This document shows positions 39,908 through 49,915 of a stretch of DNA of 64,000 nucleotides, one piece after another; positions within the stretch are counted from its first letter, which is position 1, and every line of letters begins with the position of its first letter. The DNA is from a bacterium (GTDB lineage: Bacteria > Acidobacteriota > Aminicenantia > Aminicenantales > Aminicenantaceae). The notes beneath the pieces are model-generated. The model was given only the letters and a program-made list of their open reading frames with translations. It was not told where the DNA came from and did not search any database. Where the stretch lies: assembly GCA_018335295.1 (NCBI GenBank), contig JAGXKI010000002.1, positions 2,643 through 66,642 of the forward strand. Reading direction: 5' to 3'. A program made the translations under genes and the position numbers.

Positions 39908-40396
39908 TTATTGCTCCGGATGATAGGGCTGGATAACGGCTTGGTCTGTACACTCTTGGGCCAAACGGCGGATTGTTTTTTTGAAAACGGGATGGATGGT
40001 TTGTGGAGATATTTCGGCAAAAGGGAACAGCACAAAATTTCTTTTATCCAAGCGAGGATGAGGAATTTTTAAATCCTCGGTTTGGATAATCCTATCCTCA
40101 GCCATAAGGATATCTATATCGATTATCCGGGGTCCTTTGGGGATGGAAGGTTTCCGCCCCATTTCTGTTTCGATTTCCTGGACCTTTGACAACAACTTTT
40201 CCGGATTAAACCCAGATTTCACCTCCCCTACTTGATTGAGAAACCAGGCTTGAGAAGAAAGATCCACAGGTTGGGTTTCATATATCGAGGAGGTTTGGAT
40301 AATGTGTATGCCTTTATTTTCCAGGAGGTTCAGAGCTTTATGAAGATTTCTTCTTCTGTTTCCCAGGTTGCTCCCGAAACATAAAAAATATTTCAT
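39908..40396 (-). CDS. folK: 2-amino-4-hydroxy-6-hydroxymethyldihydropteridine diphosphokinase
   Basis: GSNLG, SSIYET.P, FLN, GPRIIDIDIL, IPHP...RNFVL.P. Confidence 0.97.
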   Translation of the reverse strand: MKYFLCFGSNLGNRRRNLHKALNLLENKGIHIIQTSSIYETQPVDLSSQAWFLNQVGEVKSGFNPEKLLSKVQEIETEMGRKPSIPKGPRIIDIDILMAEDRIIQTEDLKIPHPRLDKRNFVLFPFAEISPQTIHPVFKKTIRRLAQECTDQAVIQPYHPEQ

Positions 40397-40530
40397 CTAG
40401 ATCTTTCTTTTCCCCTAAGGGTGTATCTATTTATAAGTAAAATATCAGGATACCCAAACTTGGATAAAGAGACAAATCGAAATCCTTTGTATTTTGATTT
40501 TTTTTCACATTTCTGTCATTATTACACGTC

Positions 40531-40881
40531 ATGCAAAAAATTGAAAAGTGGCGTATCAAGGAGCTGGCGTTGATATTGAACCAGCTGGTTCAGCTTCTCA
40601 AAGCAGGAAACAATCAGGAATGGGCCAGTGTATTTTCCCACTATTACCATGAAACCCAACAAATTATCCATAAAGACCATTTTGATTGGGAAACCCTCAG
40701 AAAATTAGTTCAAAATATTAAAAACTGTTTTGAAGGCGCCTATTCCTTCAGTGGATTGGTTCTCTGTGAGGAAGATTCAGGCGAAATTAAAGAATTGAAT
40801 AAAGAGTTTTTTCAAAAAAGGGCTCGATTATTCGAGATATTACTCCACATGGAAGAACAGGGATCCGTCTATGTTCATTAA
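40531..40881 (+). CDS. Small helical hypothetical protein (DUF6966-like)
   Basis: Helical pattern L..LL.....W...F...F.GAYSFSGLVL; divergent from folK. Confidence 0.55.
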   Translation: MQKIEKWRIKELALILNQLVQLLKAGNNQEWASVFSHYYHETQQIIHKDHFDWETLRKLVQNIKNCFEGAYSFSGLVLCEEDSGEIKELNKEFFQKRARLFEILLHMEEQGSVYVH

Positions 40882-40889
40882 AAAAAGGA

Positions 40890-41873
40890 TTATAGTTCAA
40901 TCAAACCAAACCTTTTGATCACTCTTAAAATAGCTAAGGTGACCCACAAGTGATCTTCCAAGGTGGATTTTTTATTCTGGGCTTCCCAATACCCCTCTTT
41001 TTTTTGCCTCTGGGACAACCAATCTAATCCTCTCTGAATTTCTTCGTTTTCCAACCCGAATCCAATCTTGGATAGAGAATCCATACTGCTCAGGATATCG
41101 GTCCCCCAGAAAGGATAGGTGATATCCTGCCAGTAAGAAACATTGTGCTTCTCTTCATACTCATCTGGTTTGAAAAAACAATCCATCAAGAGTTTTCCGG
41201 CCTCTTTCGTTTCTTTGCGATTTCTCCATAAAATGGATGAAGCCAGAGCCCTCAATACGATTCCTGTAACTAAAGGCGAAGAGCGCTTAGATCTATCCGG
41301 TTTCAGAGGAATATCTCTTTCTTTTTCTTCACAGTTGAATTGATTATGGAGTTCATTTTCATCCAGAGTTCGGTAAGGAATAGCCCATCCCCCGTCATTC
41401 TGCCTGTAATTCAGAAGCCATTCAAACCCTTTCTGGGTCCTAGAATCCTGGTCCCATCCAAACATACATAAACTCTCTAGAGTTATCGCATGGTAGGTAG
41501 GCATATACTCTTGAATATAACCATTCCAAAAATACCCTTCCTGAGACTGAGTGGAGAATAAGAATTGAGCGGCTTTTTGAATTTCTTCGTCTTCCTGATT
41601 ACATCCATATTTGTACAGTTCAAGAATATTCCTCAAGGTAATCACTATGTGATAAGTCTTCTTCCACTGAGGAGGACCATTGAAGATTTTATGATGCCAC
41701 CCTCCGTCAGGCTTCTGTCTTTTTAGAATTCGAATCCGGGCAGCAAATTTCTTAAGATTTTTATACTCTCTTTCCACAGGAACTTCCAAAATGTCCTTTT
41801 TCAACCAATAGAGTATAGGCAAATTCCCCCGGGCTAGAAGAAATTCTATGGCTTTATTCAAATCAAAATTCAT
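40890..41873 (-). CDS. Prenyltransferase/squalene-cyclase-repeat (alpha/alpha toroid) protein
   Basis: QW-like repeats QKPDGGW, QSQEGYF, RQNDGGW, RQKKEGYW; no DxDD motif. Confidence 0.7.
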   Translation of the reverse strand: MNFDLNKAIEFLLARGNLPILYWLKKDILEVPVEREYKNLKKFAARIRILKRQKPDGGWHHKIFNGPPQWKKTYHIVITLRNILELYKYGCNQEDEEIQKAAQFLFSTQSQEGYFWNGYIQEYMPTYHAITLESLCMFGWDQDSRTQKGFEWLLNYRQNDGGWAIPYRTLDENELHNQFNCEEKERDIPLKPDRSKRSSPLVTGIVLRALASSILWRNRKETKEAGKLLMDCFFKPDEYEEKHNVSYWQDITYPFWGTDILSSMDSLSKIGFGLENEEIQRGLDWLSQRQKKEGYWEAQNKKSTLEDHLWVTLAILRVIKRFGLIEL

Positions 41874-41890
41874 GAAGAAATATTTTTGAC

Positions 41891-42244
41891 TTAACCGTTT
41901 TTATCTGGATTAAGGATGATACATAAAAATTCAAAAGGATTCTGGAAAGGATTCTTGAATTGATGTTTTTCGTTTCCTTTTATAAACAGACTTTGACCTT
42001 CGGATATAAGAGTTTCCTGCCCTTTACCGTCGACAATCTTTCCCTTTCCTTTCTCCACGTTGACTACATGTTCATGCTTGTGAGTGTGGTAGGGAGAATT
42101 TCCCCCAGGAAGAACTCTGAAATGCCGAAGGATTATGTTCTCCGAACCTTCCTCTGGACCGATGAGTATTTTTTTGATCACATTATTCATTCCCTCTTTA
42201 TTCAGGAATTCTTCGGAGACATCCGAATTCTTTTTTATTATCAA
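41891..42244 (-). CDS. Cupin domain protein
   Basis: PGGNSPYHTHKHEH..G.G....H.F.N. Confidence 0.9.
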   Translation of the reverse strand: MIIKKNSDVSEEFLNKEGMNNVIKKILIGPEEGSENIILRHFRVLPGGNSPYHTHKHEHVVNVEKGKGKIVDGKGQETLISEGQSLFIKGNEKHQFKNPFQNPFEFLCIILNPDKNG

Positions 42245-43854
42245 TGGTTACTCCTTCCTTTAGCCGGACCGTACAGAATCATACCTGGTCGGGATCCTGT
42301 ATGTTGATTATTCTTCACCACAACCTCTCCATTGACAACCACATAAGCCAACCCCTCCGCGTATTGATGAGGTTTGGAAAAAGTTGCCTGGTCTTTGAAC
42401 ACATCCCTATCAAAAATGGTGAGATCCGCATACATCCCTTCTTTAAGGATTCCTCTCCCAGAAAGACGGAAGGCCTGAGCAGGCAGTGAAGTCATTTTTC
42501 TTATGGCTTCCCTTAGAGGAAGGACTCCTTCTTCTCTGACATAATGAGATATAACTCGAGGAAAGGTTCCATAATTTCGAGGATGAGGGACTCCCTCTCC
42601 TTTTTCCTGGACACTTCCATCTGAAGCATGCATGATGTAAGGAAGTTTCATTAAGTCCTGGACATCTTTTTCATCCATTTGAAAAAAGACTCCGGAAGCT
42701 CCTCCCTTTTTCTGAATTTCAATGATAAGGTCAGCCGCATTGCTTACGTTAGGCTTCTGACCTCTTTCCACAAGAATTTCCTTGAGATTTTTGCCCTCAT
42801 ATTCAGGATTTTCTTTATACCGAGAGATGTAGATGGTTTCTGTTTTATCAATGCCTTTGGTGGAAGCGAGACGTCTCTCTATGACATAAGATTTTACTTT
42901 CTGGTAAGTTTCTTCATCTTCCATCCTCTGGAGGAATTTATCTCGGCCTCCTTCAAAAACCCAAGAGGGAAAACTGCTGGTAAACCCGGAACTGGTAGCG
43001 GTGTAAGGATATTGGTCCAGAAGAACATTCACTCCTCTTTCTCTCGCTTCTTCCACAGGTTTGGTAACCCGCTCTATTTCACCCCAGACACTGTCCTTGG
43101 CCAATTTTATATGAGATATTTGGACGGGAATGTCATTTTTTTCTCCAACCTGGATGGCTTCTTTTACAGCCCGAGTGATATGGTCTCCCTGATTCCGAAT
43201 ATGGGAGGCATAAATTCCGTTGTAAGGAGCCACAGCCGAAGCCAGCTCAACAATTTCTTCTTTATTGGAATAACTTCCGGGAAGATAAGAAAGGCCCGTA
43301 GAAAAACCTACGGCTCCAGCCTTCATCTCCTGGTGGATGAGTTTTTTCATTTCTTTCATTTCTTCAGTAGTGGGCAAAGTTTTTTTTAAACCCATGACTT
43401 CACGTCGAATCGTGTTATGTCCGATGAGACAAGCAAAATTGAGGGATATTCCCTTATTTTCCAATTTCTGGAAAAGGGACTTGAGGGGAAAAGGATGGCC
43501 TCCACAATTTCCCCCTATTACCGTGGTCACTCCTTGGAGGAGGTAATTATCCACAGTAGGGATTTCATCAATCCCTCGGTCACAGTGAGTATGAACATCG
43601 ATAAATCCAGGGGTAACTGTTAAATTGTGCGCATCGATGACCTTTTCGGCTTTGCTTTCAGAAATGGACCCGATTTGGGCAATTTTTTTACCTCTAATTC
43701 CAATATCCTCTCTGTAAGGGGGGTTCCCGCATCCGTCCAAAATGTATCCGTTTTTAATGACCAAATCAAAAGGCTCGGGAGAAGGGCCACAGGTGAGAAA
43801 GAGAAACGAAAAAAATATCAAAAGGAAAAAGCCTACCACATGATTTGTCTTCAT
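42241..43854 (-). CDS. N-acyl-D-amino-acid deacylase (D-aminoacylase) lipoprotein
   Basis: PGFIDVHTHCD, GNCG, STGLSY.PG, SH.K, DQYPYTA, ASDG, PHPRNYGTFPR. Confidence 0.93.
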   Translation of the reverse strand: MKTNHVVGFFLLIFFSFLFLTCGPSPEPFDLVIKNGYILDGCGNPPYREDIGIRGKKIAQIGSISESKAEKVIDAHNLTVTPGFIDVHTHCDRGIDEIPTVDNYLLQGVTTVIGGNCGGHPFPLKSLFQKLENKGISLNFACLIGHNTIRREVMGLKKTLPTTEEMKEMKKLIHQEMKAGAVGFSTGLSYLPGSYSNKEEIVELASAVAPYNGIYASHIRNQGDHITRAVKEAIQVGEKNDIPVQISHIKLAKDSVWGEIERVTKPVEEARERGVNVLLDQYPYTATSSGFTSSFPSWVFEGGRDKFLQRMEDEETYQKVKSYVIERRLASTKGIDKTETIYISRYKENPEYEGKNLKEILVERGQKPNVSNAADLIIEIQKKGGASGVFFQMDEKDVQDLMKLPYIMHASDGSVQEKGEGVPHPRNYGTFPRVISHYVREEGVLPLREAIRKMTSLPAQAFRLSGRGILKEGMYADLTIFDRDVFKDQATFSKPHQYAEGLAYVVVNGEVVVKNNQHTGSRPGMILYGPAKGRSNH

Positions 43855-44185
43855 TCTTAACTCCTCTTAACCATAGATTTTATTCCAACAAGAGAAGTTA
43901 TGTCAATTTTTTATTGGAAATCGTAAGCATCTCTAATTCCGTGATAGGGGCTTCCTCCCCCCTATCCCTCTCCCCTTTCAATAAGTAGAGATATTTATAC
44001 TCATCAAGGTTTTGGATATACTTCCTTGGAAATCAGAAATTTCAGGGCTTCTTGCATAGGGTCTATGATTGGTTTAGAATACTTCCAAAAGGATGACTGA
44101 GGAAAAATGCTCGGAAAAAAGGGCTAAACCTTATCTTCATCCCTGAGAGATGAATAACCTAGATTTTCCCAAGAGGAGGGTTCAA

Positions 44186-44926
44186 ATGAAAAAAATATTC
44201 TTGTTTATTTTTATCTTTATCTTTATACCCAGCTTTCTCTTTCTCCAAGCTGAACCACAAGAATTTGAAGAAGATATTATCCCTACCCATCAAGGCGACT
44301 TAAAAATCAATTTCATCGGTCATGGAACATTGATGTTCCATTTTGGTGGAAAAGTCATTCATGTCGACCCGGTCAGTCGGTATGCCGACTACAGCCAACT
44401 TCCCAAAGCAGACCTAATCCTTATCACCCACAGCCACGGAGACCATCTGGACCCGGATGTAGTGAAAAAACTTCGTCAAAAAGAAACCGATGTTGTCCTC
44501 ACCGAAAAATGTGCCCGTGAAATCAAAGGCGGTCTCATCATGGAAAACGGGGATACCAAAACTGTTCAAGGAATAAAGATTGAAGCGGTCCCCGCCTACA
44601 ATATCAAACACAAGAGAAGTTCCGGTGTTCCCTATCATCCCAAAGGAGACGGAAACGGGTATATTCTCCATCTGGGAGACAAAAGAGTATATGTAGCTGG
44701 AGATACCGAAAACACACCGGAAATGAAATCCCTCCAAGATATCGATATCGCCTTTTTCCCCATGAATCTTCCTTACACCATGTCCCCCGAAATGGCAGCA
44801 GACGCCGCCAAAACCATCCAGCCCGATATTCTCTATCCCTACCATTATGGGAGTACAGATACATCCAAAATCGTCAAAATGCTTGAAGAGGAAGATATTG
44901 AAGTCCGCATAAGGAATATGAAATAG
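44186..44926 (+). CDS. Secreted MBL-fold metallo-hydrolase
   Basis: GHGT, THSHGDHLD, PAYN, HPKG.GNGY, AGDT, PYHY; RBS GAGGAGG before MKKIF. Confidence 0.9.
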   Translation: MKKIFLFIFIFIFIPSFLFLQAEPQEFEEDIIPTHQGDLKINFIGHGTLMFHFGGKVIHVDPVSRYADYSQLPKADLILITHSHGDHLDPDVVKKLRQKETDVVLTEKCAREIKGGLIMENGDTKTVQGIKIEAVPAYNIKHKRSSGVPYHPKGDGNGYILHLGDKRVYVAGDTENTPEMKSLQDIDIAFFPMNLPYTMSPEMAADAAKTIQPDILYPYHYGSTDTSKIVKMLEEEDIEVRIRNMK

Positions 44927-44959
44927 ACTGAATTATCCTTAAAAATCGGGCCCATTCCT

Positions 44960-46279
44960 TTAATAGAGTAAATACTCTTTCCTTAATCGGGAAAATTCAT
45001 TCAAATCCTTTTCATATTTTTTTCTTATTTCACGAATGGAGAGTCCCTGAAACAGTGATTTCCTGATGAAAGAAGTGCCCATAATTTGATCAAAATAGTT
45101 TTTATGGAATTGGAATCGGTCAGGGTGCATCTTCCTTATGGTTTGAATAATGTGAAGAGTGGTGCGGAAAGGATGAAACCGCTCTCTTTCTACCACATGA
45201 ATTTGAGCTCCTCCGCATAATTTCTTTTTATATTTCGAAAAAACAGGGGTAAACCAGGCTTCTCTGAATTTTACTCCAGGAAGTTCTTTATCATTGAGTC
45301 TCTGGACCAATTCATAACCATCGATCCAGGGAGCCCCAAACAATTCAAAAGGGCGGGTCGTCCCTCTCCCTTCGGATACATTAGTCCCTTCCAAAAAGAC
45401 CTGGCCGGGATAAACCAGCGCTGTGGATAACGAAGGCATATTGGGAGAAGGAATCACCCAGGGAAGAGACGTTTCATCATACCACATGTCTCTCTTCCAG
45501 TTTTTCATGGGAATAACCGTCAAACTCACCTTTTTATCCATAAACTGTTCATTGAAAAGCCGAGCCAATTCTCCCGCGGTCATTCCATGTCGAACCGGGA
45601 TGGGATAAAGCCCTACAAAGGAACTGTATTGAGGGTATTCCAGTACCGGACCTTCCATGGTCAAACCGTTTATGGGATTAGGCCGGTCCAGAACAATAAA
45701 CTCCACCCCCTTTTCCGCACAGGCCTGCATACAGTAGGCCATAGTGGCCGCATAAGTGTATATTCGAGTTCCTACATCCTGAATATCAAAGACCATTACA
45801 TCCACATCTTCCACCATGGATTCAGGGGGTATTTTCCCCTTTTCTTCAGTATCGAAGGAGCGCATGTAATCATCAATATTCTCAAACATCCCTGGAGGGG
45901 GTTTTCTGGACTGCCCGTAGAGGCTGAATACAGGGAGATTATACTTTTGGTCTATGTAAAAAGGGACGTATTCTCCCGCCTGAGCATTCCCTCTCACTCC
46001 ATGCTCCGGTCCGTAAAGCGCGGCCAGTTGGATTCCAGGATGCTCATAGAATAAATCAATGGTGGTGTTCAAATGGCTGTCCACTCCGGTGGGATTGGTG
46101 ATCAAACCCACCCTTTTTCCTTTCACCAGATCCAGATGCTTCTCTAGAAACACCTCCACTCCTGGTTTTACTTTTTCACCAGGAGAGGAAGAAAAAGATG
46201 TGGAATCTCCCTGGCAGGCATTTCCCCATAGAAGGACTCCCATGATGAAAATAAAAGGCAGAGATTTTTTAATTCTCAT
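44960..46279 (-). CDS. DUF1343 exo-beta-N-acetylmuramidase (NamZ-like)
   Basis: GLITNPTG, GPEHG, FDIQDVGTRIYTY, LDRPNP, RHGMTAGE, PSPNMP, SEGRGT..PFE. Confidence 0.92.
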   Translation of the reverse strand: MRIKKSLPFIFIMGVLLWGNACQGDSTSFSSSPGEKVKPGVEVFLEKHLDLVKGKRVGLITNPTGVDSHLNTTIDLFYEHPGIQLAALYGPEHGVRGNAQAGEYVPFYIDQKYNLPVFSLYGQSRKPPPGMFENIDDYMRSFDTEEKGKIPPESMVEDVDVMVFDIQDVGTRIYTYAATMAYCMQACAEKGVEFIVLDRPNPINGLTMEGPVLEYPQYSSFVGLYPIPVRHGMTAGELARLFNEQFMDKKVSLTVIPMKNWKRDMWYDETSLPWVIPSPNMPSLSTALVYPGQVFLEGTNVSEGRGTTRPFELFGAPWIDGYELVQRLNDKELPGVKFREAWFTPVFSKYKKKLCGGAQIHVVERERFHPFRTTLHIIQTIRKMHPDRFQFHKNYFDQIMGTSFIRKSLFQGLSIREIRKKYEKDLNEFSRLRKEYLLY

Positions 46280-46523
46280 ACGCTCCTTTGATTTCTTGAA
46301 ATCTTATTGGGTTGGAAGAAGGACCCATTCTCTATTTTCTCCTTAACTTCATACTAATAAAATGAATCAATTTAAGCAAACTCTTTCATGTGAGCAGTAA
46401 GGGTGGCATTTTGTAACCCTCACTCACCGCAAACAGCTAAACAGTGACTCCAATATGTGCAAACAGTCATATTTGTAAAAAAATCAACTTGATAACCCGT
46501 TTAAATGACAATTTTTGACATAA

Positions 46524-46546
46524 TTTTCCACAATTTTTGTGGAAAA
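46524..46546. promoter_or_regulatory. Perfect inverted repeat of DnaA-box-like 9-mers upstream of cstA
   Basis: TTTTCCACAA-TTT-TTGTGGAAAA in the divergent intergenic region. Confidence 0.5.
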
Positions 46547-46735
46547 GCCTCTTACTTTAAAAATGTTCGGATTCCTTTTTAGTTAAAATTTCGATAGATT
46601 TTCCCTCTTGCCCCCTCTTAAACCCCCTTTATCTTCTTTTCCATTATCTTGATACCAAACTCTTTTTCTCTCAATCTTCAGTTGACATTATTTTTTTTCT
46701 TGTGATATAGACTATAAACTCATAGAAGGAATGAT

Positions 46736-48427
46736 ATGTCCGCTTCGCTCCTACTCATTTTCGCTGTTCTTTTCTTTGTAGGGGGATATATCCTTTATGG
46801 AGGATATTTATCCAGAATACTGGGACTGAACAGGAAAACTCTTACCCCCTGCCATACAATGAAGGATGGAATCGATTATGTTCCGGCCAAATGGCCTGTT
46901 CTTCTGGGACACCATTTTGCTTCGATTGCCGGAGCCGCTCCCATCATCGGCCCCATCACCGCGGCGGTCTTTGGATGGATCCCTGTATTTCTTTGGATTG
47001 TTCTCGGATCTGTTTTCATCGGGGCAGTCCATGATTTCACTTCGCTGGTAGCCTCAGCCCGCCATAAAGGTCGATCCATAGGAAAGGTGATTGAACAGCA
47101 TATCGGAATTGAGGGCAAACGCCTTTTTTTGATCTTTGCCTGGTTCACCTTGGTCCTGGTGGTGGCAGCCTTTGTCATCCTGGTGGCAAAGACGTTTGTT
47201 TCCACTCCCGAGGTGAGCACAGCCTCTTTTCTGTTTATTGCCCTAGCTGTGCTTTTTGGATTTTCCATCTACCGGATGAAAACCTCTCTGGGCATAGCTA
47301 CCCTGGTGGGGGTTTCTCTTTTAATCCTCTGCATCTGGGCTGGAAATGAGTTTCCGATTGTGTTCTCAGGAACAGCGGCCCATGGACAGATGATATGGAC
47401 CTGGATTATTCTCGGCTATATCTTTATCGCTTCGGTCACTCCGGTGTGGATCCTTCTTCAACCCCGCGACTATTTAAACTCAAACCTTTTATACCTGATT
47501 TTGATTTTCAGCTTTTTCGGAATTCTCATTGCCAACCCTTCCATTGAGTTTCCTCCATTCAGGGGATTTGTCCAACCTCAATTGGGCTTTCTCTTTCCTA
47601 TTTTGTTTGTCACCGTGGCCTGCGGAGCGATTTCTGGGTTTCACTCACTTGTGGCTTCCGGAACTACCTCGAAACAGCTGAACTGTGAGCCGGATGCACG
47701 AACGGTGGGGTATGGAGGGATGCTTATTGAGGGTCTGCTGGCCATTATTGCCTTGATCACAGCGATCATCTTGATCCCTTCTGAGTATCAAAACTTTTTC
47801 CCTAAAGGAGGGGAAGCCAACCCCATTACTCTCTTTGCCAACGGCGTGGGAGGATTTGTATCTAAGCTAGGGATTCCTCCTAAAATTGGCATCATTTTTG
47901 CTGCCATGGCTGTGGCTGAATTTGCTCTAACCTCTCTGGATACAGCCACCCGGTTGGGCCGCTTCACTTTCCAGGAGTTTTTCAGATCAGAGAATCCTTC
48001 CTCTTTTCAAAATCTCATGACCAACCGATTTGTGGCCACATTTTTCACTATACTCCCGGGTGGAATTTTAGCCCTTACTGGAACCTACCAAGCCATTTGG
48101 CCTATATTCGGCTCTGCCAATCAGCTTTTAGCCGCTTTGGCCCTCCTAGCCGTAAGTGTGTGGCTGGCCAAAAAACACATCCAGAACCGGTTCGTGAGAT
48201 ACCCCATGTTCCTCATGTTCGCTATCACTCTCTCAGCCTTGGGCCTCCTGGTTTATAAAAAAAGTTCTCTTCTATTAAATTACTTCACTCACCAACCGGT
48301 TCCCCCTGGGTTCAACCCGACGGGAACATTTTTCCTCCTTCTCATCGCTTTACTGCTTTTGGCTGTGGCGGTGGTACTTGTCTATCAGGCCTGGAAAAGC
48401 CTGAAAGAACTCAAAACCCCTTCCTGA
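46736..48427 (+). CDS. cstA: Carbon starvation protein A (peptide/pyruvate transporter)
   Basis: DGIDYVP, GHHFASIAGA.PI.GP, LLQPRDY, VACGAISGFH, SLDTATR, FGSANQL. Confidence 0.96.
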   Translation: MSASLLLIFAVLFFVGGYILYGGYLSRILGLNRKTLTPCHTMKDGIDYVPAKWPVLLGHHFASIAGAAPIIGPITAAVFGWIPVFLWIVLGSVFIGAVHDFTSLVASARHKGRSIGKVIEQHIGIEGKRLFLIFAWFTLVLVVAAFVILVAKTFVSTPEVSTASFLFIALAVLFGFSIYRMKTSLGIATLVGVSLLILCIWAGNEFPIVFSGTAAHGQMIWTWIILGYIFIASVTPVWILLQPRDYLNSNLLYLILIFSFFGILIANPSIEFPPFRGFVQPQLGFLFPILFVTVACGAISGFHSLVASGTTSKQLNCEPDARTVGYGGMLIEGLLAIIALITAIILIPSEYQNFFPKGGEANPITLFANGVGGFVSKLGIPPKIGIIFAAMAVAEFALTSLDTATRLGRFTFQEFFRSENPSSFQNLMTNRFVATFFTILPGGILALTGTYQAIWPIFGSANQLLAALALLAVSVWLAKKHIQNRFVRYPMFLMFAITLSALGLLVYKKSSLLLNYFTHQPVPPGFNPTGTFFLLLIALLLLAVAVVLVYQAWKSLKELKTPS

Positions 48428-48431
48428 AATT

Positions 48432-48559
48432 GGGGACACAATACCCATTTCCTAATATTTTGAGAGGTTCTTCTCTTGATTGCGGAATTGATTCTTAAAC
48501 TCAGTTTTGGTGCTGTTTTTCAATAAACAGAAAAAAGGGGGAATAGGTATTGTGTCACC
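48432..48559. repeat. REP-like inverted repeat pair flanking about 90 bp
   Basis: GGGGACACAATACCCATTTCC ... GGAATAGGTATTGTGTCACC, with an 11-bp perfect core. Confidence 0.65.
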
Positions 48560-48597
48560 GGTTTTTCTTGATTATTTATACAATATGAGATGTTAGA

Positions 48598-49407
48598 TCA
48601 GAAAGAGTTTAATTCGCTCTTTGCCCCACTGCCATAATCAAGCAACTCTATTTCATAATTGTATCTATCCATACCTTTCACCTCTGAAGATTCTTCTTCC
48701 GCACCTTCGTGGTCGTATATATATTTAACTATCCTGCCCGGCACATCATCGCTCAAAAAGAAGTGAACTCTACTGGCAGTGGCATAATCATTATATCTGA
48801 CGTGTTTGGCGGTAAATGTACCTGCGGGAACTTTTATAGTTTCTGTCCCCAGAGTTGCTCCTTCTATACTTTCTTCCGTCAGTTCGCTGGGTGCCGTGTA
48901 ATACTGATGCTTCTCCACCGGTATCTCTCCGGGTTCCTTATCCGGAAATTTTGCTCTCATTCTTAGTAGATTACCTCTATCAGGGGAGAACAAACTTTCA
49001 ATAATGACAGTATCCTCACTTTGCAAATCATAAAATTTTACCTGCCACCATTCATTCCCCTTATCTGTTTTCTTAAGGAATGCTTTTGTAAATTCATAGC
49101 TATCATCTTCACCACTACCTCCTGTCCATTTTGTCCAATCTCCTTCTTCATAGGTAAAATCTTCAATCCAGATTCCTCCCGAACCGTATGCATAACTCAT
49201 AATATAAGAGGTATAGAGGCGCATAAAATTCGGGGTATAACTTCGGACAATAGCTTCACCGACTTTCTCTCCCACAGCTTCTCCCACAGTTTCACCCGCA
49301 GTACGTTCAGCTGTATCCACCGCTGTACTTACCGCTGAACAACCAATTCCAAAAATAGAAATGAGTAGAAAACCAAGAAAAACTTTCAGGGGCACATTAA
49401 ATCTCAT
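48598..49407 (-). CDS. Hypothetical lipoprotein
   Basis: Lipobox GIGC, strong RBS, VPAGTF motif. Confidence 0.8.
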   Translation of the reverse strand: MRFNVPLKVFLGFLLISIFGIGCSAVSTAVDTAERTAGETVGEAVGEKVGEAIVRSYTPNFMRLYTSYIMSYAYGSGGIWIEDFTYEEGDWTKWTGGSGEDDSYEFTKAFLKKTDKGNEWWQVKFYDLQSEDTVIIESLFSPDRGNLLRMRAKFPDKEPGEIPVEKHQYYTAPSELTEESIEGATLGTETIKVPAGTFTAKHVRYNDYATASRVHFFLSDDVPGRIVKYIYDHEGAEEESSEVKGMDRYNYEIELLDYGSGAKSELNSF

Positions 49408-49544
49408 AGGACCTCCTTTTTATATGCTATAAATTTGTGATAAAAATTCCCGCACTCGAAAGAATTTACGGTTCACCTTCAGAGCAAATCTATTTGAAAT
49501 TCCTTTTATATTTTTAATATAAAGATTGAATTCATTTTGTCAAC

Positions 49545-49829
49545 TTATATTCCACCAAAATTAAAAGTAGCCAAGGGGCTAATTTTATAAAGCTGCACTC
49601 GCTTTAATCCTAACAGTTCCCAGACTTTCTCTTGGGCAATTCGATGATCGTTAAAAGCTTCCAAAATATTTTCCACAAACTTTTTGGAAAGTCTCTTGTG
49701 GATTTGTTTGCTCATGGTAAAATATCCTCCTTATGAGATGTTTACCATGAGTTTGCTAGATACTGAAATTTACCCCCCTTGTCTACTTTTGTTTTTCGCA
49801 TAACGTCTACTTTTGATATTGACGTAACA
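49545..49829 (-). mobile_element. Internally deleted IS (IS1202/ISNCY-like) with a 56-aa transposase stub
   Basis: End TGTTACG.. with AAAAGTAGAC twice (24-bp period); RBS AAGGAGG; ORF 49715-49545 MSKQIHKRLSKKFVENILEAF..ELLGLKRVQLYK; inverted AAAAGTAGCCAAGGGG at 49563. Confidence 0.65.
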
Positions 49830-49915
49830 AGGTACTTTTAAAGAGTTGACAAAATGAAAAATACCATTAAATTAGTAAATAAATTATTAATCAGAAAAGG
49901 TAAAAAGGAGGAATT

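Noticed and set aside
49669-49705. DnaA-box-like TTTTCCACA in the lipoprotein islet
   Set aside because: Falls within the transposase stub coding sequence; likely coincidental
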